A DNA stretch of 8,722 bases from a virus (taxonomy: Duplodnaviria; Heunggongvirae; Uroviricota; Caudoviricetes). The translations under genes were made by a program, and so were the position numbers. The stretch is from the IMG/VR virus record IMGVR_UViG_2526164674_000023, one strand, 5' to 3'. A model generated the notes under the pieces. The model was given only the letters and a program-made list of their open reading frames with translations, made no database searches and was not told where the DNA came from. Shown here one piece after another: positions 5,099 to 8,722 of the stretch (position 1 is the first letter of the stretch; each line of letters opens with the position of its first letter).

Positions 5099-6190
5099 AT
5101 GCGTGATTACGCAAAAGTTTCTCCGCGATTCTGGCTGGGAGAAACGGGGAGAGAACTTAGAAAGGCGGGTGCAGAAGCGCAAGTTGTTGCTTTTTACCTG
5201 ATGACATCCCCTCACGCAAATATGCTGGGTTTGTATTACCTGCCAGTTTTATACCTTGCTCATGAAACCGGGCTTGGTCTGGAAGGGGCTTCAAAGGGGC
5301 TTAAAAGGGCTGTTGAAGCTGGTTTTTGTAGCTATGACCATGATGCAGAGATGGTCTGGGTCCATGAAATGGCAGCCTGGCAGGTTGGGGAAACGTTGAA
5401 GCCTGGCGATAACCGTTGTGCAGGTGTCAGGAATGAGTATGCATCATTACCTGAAAACGCTTTTCTGTCAGTGTTTTACGACAGATATAAAACGGATTTC
5501 CATCTGGATGTGAGGCGGAATAATAGCCGAAATTCGGTAAGGGGCTTCGAAGGGGCTTTTAAGGGGCTTCGAAGCCAAGAACAGGAACAGGAGCAGGAGA
5601 AAGAACAGGAACAGGACAAAAACACTATGGTTCATGGCAAAAAAAACACCACGAACCAGGCAGGGGATGTTCAGACCGTCAATCCTGGTCAGCCAGCAGG
5701 CACGACACCGGAAGCCGATTCGGGCGCTGTGCAGCAGGTGATGACCGCAGGGTCGGAGCAATCACACCAACTGCAGCAGCCTGAAGCCGATTCCGCCATT
5801 CAGCGGGAAGCCGATCGGGTAGTCCCGGAAAGCACCGGGCAGTCTGTGGGACGAGTGGATTATCCGGATGTGTTCGAACAGGTCTGGCGGGAATACCCGT
5901 TGCGTGCTGGGGCAAACCCGAAGAAATCCGCTTTCAGTGCCTGGAAGGCCAGATTGCGCGAGGGGGTGCCACCAGAGACCATGCTGGATGGTGTGAGGCG
6001 TTACGCGAGATACCTGGCGGCGACCGGGAAAGCGGGAACGGAATTTGTTCAGCGAGCGACGACGTTTTTTGGGCCGGACCGGAATTTTGAAAACCCCTGG
6101 TTGCTCCCGGTAAGCGGCACGAACAACCAGCGTTGTGTGAATCATATTTCTGAACCGGATACCGAAATTCCGCCGGGATTCAGGGGGTGA
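5099..6190 (+). CDS. phage replication initiation protein (lambda O-like role; acidic QEQEQEQEKEQEQ linker; C-terminal domain resembling DnaT-type replication proteins)
   Basis: Lies immediately upstream of and coupled to the DnaC-like gene (stop 6188-6190, next ATG 6197). Preferred start is ATG 5099 with GAGG 5 nt upstream (MRDYAKVSPRFWLGETG...); the ORF-track start at 4988 has no SD. Contains iteron-like DNA repeats internally, as lambda O does. Family identity is inferred from context and composition, not from a search. Confidence 0.7.
   Translation: MRDYAKVSPRFWLGETGRELRKAGAEAQVVAFYLMTSPHANMLGLYYLPVLYLAHETGLGLEGASKGLKRAVEAGFCSYDHDAEMVWVHEMAAWQVGETLKPGDNRCAGVRNEYASLPENAFLSVFYDRYKTDFHLDVRRNNSRNSVRGFEGAFKGLRSQEQEQEQEKEQEQDKNTMVHGKKNTTNQAGDVQTVNPGQPAGTTPEADSGAVQQVMTAGSEQSHQLQQPEADSAIQREADRVVPESTGQSVGRVDYPDVFEQVWREYPLRAGANPKKSAFSAWKARLREGVPPETMLDGVRRYARYLAATGKAGTEFVQRATTFFGPDRNFENPWLLPVSGTNNQRCVNHISEPDTEIPPGFRG
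5270..5657 (+). repeat. iteron-like direct repeats (candidate replication origin inside the initiator gene): GGGCTT motifs at 5270, 5286, 5297, 5307 and AAGGGGCTT x3 at 5539, 5550, 5561 with 11-bp spacing, then GAACAGGA-type repeats (5578-5617) and an A-rich stretch (5617-5650)
   Basis: Seen directly. Seven copies of one hexamer in about 300 bp, with helical-turn (10-11 bp) phasing. The 11-bp spacing puts successive copies in different codon phases, pointing to DNA-level rather than protein-level selection. Confidence 0.5.
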
Positions 6191-6196
6191 TGTGGC

Positions 6197-6943
6197 ATGA
6201 AAAACATTGCGGCAGCCGGGGTTCTTGAACGTATTCGCAGACTTGCACCACAGGCGTCGGTTCCACCGTACCGGACGGTGGAGGAGTGGCGGGAATGGCA
6301 ACTTGCTGAAGGACGAAAACGCAGCGAGGAGATTAACCGCCAGAATCACCAGTTGCGGGTGGAAAAAATCCTGAATCGTTCGGGCATCCAGCCTCTGCAC
6401 AGCAAATGCTCGTTTGCGAATTATCAGGTGCAGAACGACGGGCAAAAATACGCGCTGAGCCAGGCCAAATCCATAGCTGACGAACTGATGACCGGGTGCA
6501 CGAATTTTGTGTTCAGCGGTAAAACCGGCACCGGGAAAAATCACCTTGCAGCGGCGATGGGTAACCGGCTGATGGCGAAGGGGCGCAGCGTGATTATCGT
6601 CACCGTGTCTGATGTCATGAGCGTGTTGCATGACAGCTACGACAACGGCAAATCCGGGGAAAAATTTTTACAGGAGCTTTGCAGTGTTGATTTGCTGGTC
6701 CTGGATGAAATAGGCGTTCAGCGGGAGACGAAAAACGAGCAGGTGGTATTACACCAGATAATTGATCGCCGGACAGCATCACTGTGCAGTGTCGGGATGT
6801 TAACAAACCTGAATCATGCCGCAATGAGTACACTTCTTGGTGAGAGGATTATGGACCGCATGACCATGAACGGTGGTCGATGGGTGACGTTTAACTGGGA
6901 TAGCTGGCGTCCAAATGTCAGCAATATGAGGGTTGTGAAGTAA
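6197..6943 (+). CDS. DnaC-like helicase loader / IstB-type AAA+ ATPase (YdaV-like phage replication protein), 248 aa
   Basis: Walker A-like FSGKTGTGKNHLAAA and Walker B LLVLDEIG are visible in the translation. GGGGG 9 nt upstream of the ATG. Position directly after the initiator gene matches the lambda O-P / Rac ydaU-ydaV arrangement. Confidence 0.85.
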   Translation: MKNIAAAGVLERIRRLAPQASVPPYRTVEEWREWQLAEGRKRSEEINRQNHQLRVEKILNRSGIQPLHSKCSFANYQVQNDGQKYALSQAKSIADELMTGCTNFVFSGKTGTGKNHLAAAMGNRLMAKGRSVIIVTVSDVMSVLHDSYDNGKSGEKFLQELCSVDLLVLDEIGVQRETKNEQVVLHQIIDRRTASLCSVGMLTNLNHAAMSTLLGERIMDRMTMNGGRWVTFNWDSWRPNVSNMRVVK

Positions 6944-6964
6944 TTTTGTCCGGAGGAAATTTTA

Positions 6965-7735
6965 ATGGAAACCGTATCTGACGCACTGAAAGCACTGAAA
7001 AAAGCCTCTTCACATGTGGTGGCAGCTCGCCTTGGAATCAGTCGTGAAGAGGCTGTCAACGAGCTGTGGGAACTCAAAATAAATGGCGTCGTTGATAAAA
7101 CTGGTCACACCTGGTTTCTGGCTGGCGAAGGTGAATCCCGGGTAACCGAAGAGCGGCCAGTAAAATCTGAAGCACAGGATATGCTGACCGGGGAGGTCGA
7201 ACAAAAAGTTACCGCAGACATGATGATTGAGTTTATCGGTCAGGATGGGGCTAAAACGTGTGAGGAACTGGCGGGTAAGTTCGGTGTCAGTACTCGCAAG
7301 GTTGCTTCCACGCTGGCGGTGGTAACCGCAACGGGGCGGCTGGCACGCGTTAATCAGAACGGTAAATTTCGTTACTGCATGCCGGGCGATAATTTACCAG
7401 CAGAGCCGAAAGCCGCGCTGGTAACGGAAAGTGATGGTAAGGCCTTTCCTCAGCCAGCAGGTGCTGCGTTACCAGTCCGGGAAGCCGCAACACAGGAAGA
7501 AATTAAAACAGAAACTGTGGCGGACATTGTGCAGCCGTTGCCATCGTTTACCGAAACGCAAGCAGATGAGCTGATTTTTCCGTCCCTGCGCAGGGCAAAC
7601 CTGGCGCTGCGCAGGGCGAAAAGTGATGTTCAGAAGTGGGAGCGAGTCTGCGCCGCGCTGCGGGAGCTGAACAAGCACCGGGATATTGTTCGACAGATTA
7701 CTGATTCTTCCCGCCGTGTTGTATCGGAAAAGTGA
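6965..7735 (+). CDS. hypothetical phage protein with two predicted winged-helix-like segments (256 aa)
   Basis: Strong SD (ccGGAGGAaattttaATG). Two similar HTH-like stretches (SHVVAARLGISREEAVNELWELKINGVV and CEELAGKFGVSTRKVASTLAVVTATGRLARV) separated by an acidic linker. Family not recognised. Confidence 0.6.
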   Translation: METVSDALKALKKASSHVVAARLGISREEAVNELWELKINGVVDKTGHTWFLAGEGESRVTEERPVKSEAQDMLTGEVEQKVTADMMIEFIGQDGAKTCEELAGKFGVSTRKVASTLAVVTATGRLARVNQNGKFRYCMPGDNLPAEPKAALVTESDGKAFPQPAGAALPVREAATQEEIKTETVADIVQPLPSFTETQADELIFPSLRRANLALRRAKSDVQKWERVCAALRELNKHRDIVRQITDSSRRVVSEK

Positions 7736-7750
7736 TAGCCGGAGGCGCTT

Positions 7751-8146
7751 ATGGCGAAACCTTTTACACACGAACAGCGTGAAGAACTGAAGGCCCGAAT
7801 TATCGGGCTGGTACGCAAAAATGAACGCATGACGATATCACAACTGGAGAGAGCGACGGGAGCAGGCTGGCATTCAGTCAGACGTTGCCTTGTGGATGTA
7901 CTGGCTTGTGGCGATTTATACATGCCCGGTAAATACGGTGTTTTTACATCAGAACAGGTGTATCGCGTATGGCGTAAGGCAGCGGAGAAAGCAACCGACC
8001 AGACATTGATTCGAAAGTTACCAGACGGAGAAATACGCCGCTACGACAGACAACAGAACATAATCTGTGGCGAGTGCCGGAAGAGTGAAGTTATGCTGCG
8101 TGTACTGGCGTTCTATCAGGGCAATTTTCAGGAGGCGGTACTGTGA
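7751..8146 (+). CDS. hypothetical phage protein (131 aa), possible N-terminal wHTH
   Basis: SD GGAGG 5 nt upstream of the ATG at 7751. Stop overlaps the next ORF's GTG (GTGA). Translation has an HTH-like stretch (MTISQLERATGAGWHSVRRCLVDV). Confidence 0.6.
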   Translation: MAKPFTHEQREELKARIIGLVRKNERMTISQLERATGAGWHSVRRCLVDVLACGDLYMPGKYGVFTSEQVYRVWRKAAEKATDQTLIRKLPDGEIRRYDRQQNIICGECRKSEVMLRVLAFYQGNFQEAVL

Positions 8147-8571
8147 GTGAATTAGCTATCAGGCTTCAATTGTCGCTGGCATTCGCATCAAAGGAGAATG
8201 AGATGACCACTTTTACAAAAGAGCAGTTAATCAGTCATGTTAGTGAAAATGTAAAGGCGATGAAATTTGCAGTAAAACAGACAGCATTCAAAAATTCTCT
8301 CGAGGCAATTGAGTTGGATTTAGCACTGGCCCTTGTTGCTCAGGCTTCGCTGGAAGCAGAGCCCGTGCTTTATATGAATCGATTTACCGGAAAGACATTC
8401 TCACTGGAAGAGCAACCCGGTGCTGATAAGGAACCGGAAATATACGTGCCGCTATATGCTGCCCCGCCAGACAGCGCCGCCATGCTTCAGGCTGGAAACT
8501 TTCGGGAAAAAAGGGTTCGTCAACCAATAATTTTCGGGAAATCTCGGAAACGTCAACCAACTATCCGGTAA
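8143..8571 (+). CDS. hypothetical phage protein (142 aa from GTG 8143; alternative ATG start at 8203 gives 122 aa)
   Basis: GTG at 8143 overlaps the upstream stop and has AGGAGG 7 nt upstream. ATG at 8203 also has a good SD (AAGGAGaatgagATG). Contains a ...YVPLYAAPP... stretch of the kind seen in Ead/Ea22-like nin-region proteins (recollection, unverified). Confidence 0.55.
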   Translation: MSELAIRLQLSLAFASKENEMTTFTKEQLISHVSENVKAMKFAVKQTAFKNSLEAIELDLALALVAQASLEAEPVLYMNRFTGKTFSLEEQPGADKEPEIYVPLYAAPPDSAAMLQAGNFREKRVRQPIIFGKSRKRQPTIR

Positions 8572-8603
8572 CTCTGGATGATTGGATAAGCTGTAGTGAG
8601 CGA

Positions 8604-8722
8604 ATGCCGGATGATGGTCAGCACGTAATTATTTTATGTGATGGCGCATTCGTTCTTTATGCGCAATATCGAGACGGTGAGTTTTTTGATGTAGTCCGTA
8701 ATGGTGATGAATTTTTCGAAAC
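8604..8722 (+). CDS. DUF551-like phage protein, partial (3' end off window; true start uncertain)
   Basis: Frame open from 8430. Translation ...LDDWISCSERMPDDGQHVIILCDGAFVLYAQYRDGEFFDVVRNGDEFFE resembles DUF551 phage proteins (W-I-S...R-L/M-P-E/D N-terminal motif). The first in-frame ATG is at 8604, but the conserved WIS motif lies upstream of it (8583-8591). Confidence 0.5.
   Translation, partial: MPDDGQHVIILCDGAFVLYAQYRDGEFFDVVRNGDEFFE

Noticed and set aside
5762-6631. 289-aa minus-strand ORF (and neighbouring minus ORFs 5468..5761 and 5679..5915) inside the replication genes
   Set aside because: Fully antisense to the initiator and DnaC-like genes, whose plus-strand translations carry recognisable motifs (Walker A/B) and operon coupling. 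Long antisense ORFs are common in GC-rich coding DNA, and the translations are Arg/Pro/His-rich and low-complexity.
6615-7923. Minus-strand ORFs 6615..6833, 6814..7077, 7010..7204, 7469..7771 and 7630..7923
   Set aside because: Antisense to well-supported plus-strand genes with strong SDs and tight coupling; no RBS or start context.
1-8722. Search for tRNA, rRNA, CRISPR repeats, integrase/transposase or att-site-like terminal repeats
   Set aside because: No regularly spaced identical repeats with unique spacers, no tRNA-like cloverleaf candidates, and no recombinase-like ORF were seen. The window appears to be internal to the prophage.

Overview
This window reads as the early / immunity / replication region of a lambdoid (Rac / CP-933P-type) enterobacterial prophage. 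All calls come from reading the supplied ORF translations and the DNA by eye; no database search or structure prediction was run. Left part (1-2660): a leftward, minus-strand early operon of small genes, one of which is split by a frameshift at an A7 run, plus one convergent plus-strand zinc-ribbon ORF. Centre (2661-3950): the immunity region, with a ParE/RelE-type toxin-antitoxin pair and a DicA-like HTH repressor on the minus strand, divergent from a Cro/YdaS-like and a YdaT-like (CII-analogue) gene on the plus strand. Near-identical ~38 bp AT-rich palindromes with embedded TTGACA/TTGATT -35 boxes sit on both flanks of this region (O_L-like and O_R-like). Right part (4372-8722): a rightward replication module (O-like initiator with internal 11-bp-phased GGGGCTT iteron-like repeats, then a DnaC-like loader) followed by nin-region-type hypothetical genes ending in a partial DUF551-like ORF. 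No rRNA, tRNA, CRISPR array, integrase or transposase was seen. Most noteworthy are the TA cargo in the rexAB-equivalent slot, the frameshift-split gene with a dnaX-like slippery site, the candidate origin inside the initiator gene, and the duplicated operator/promoter palindromes.
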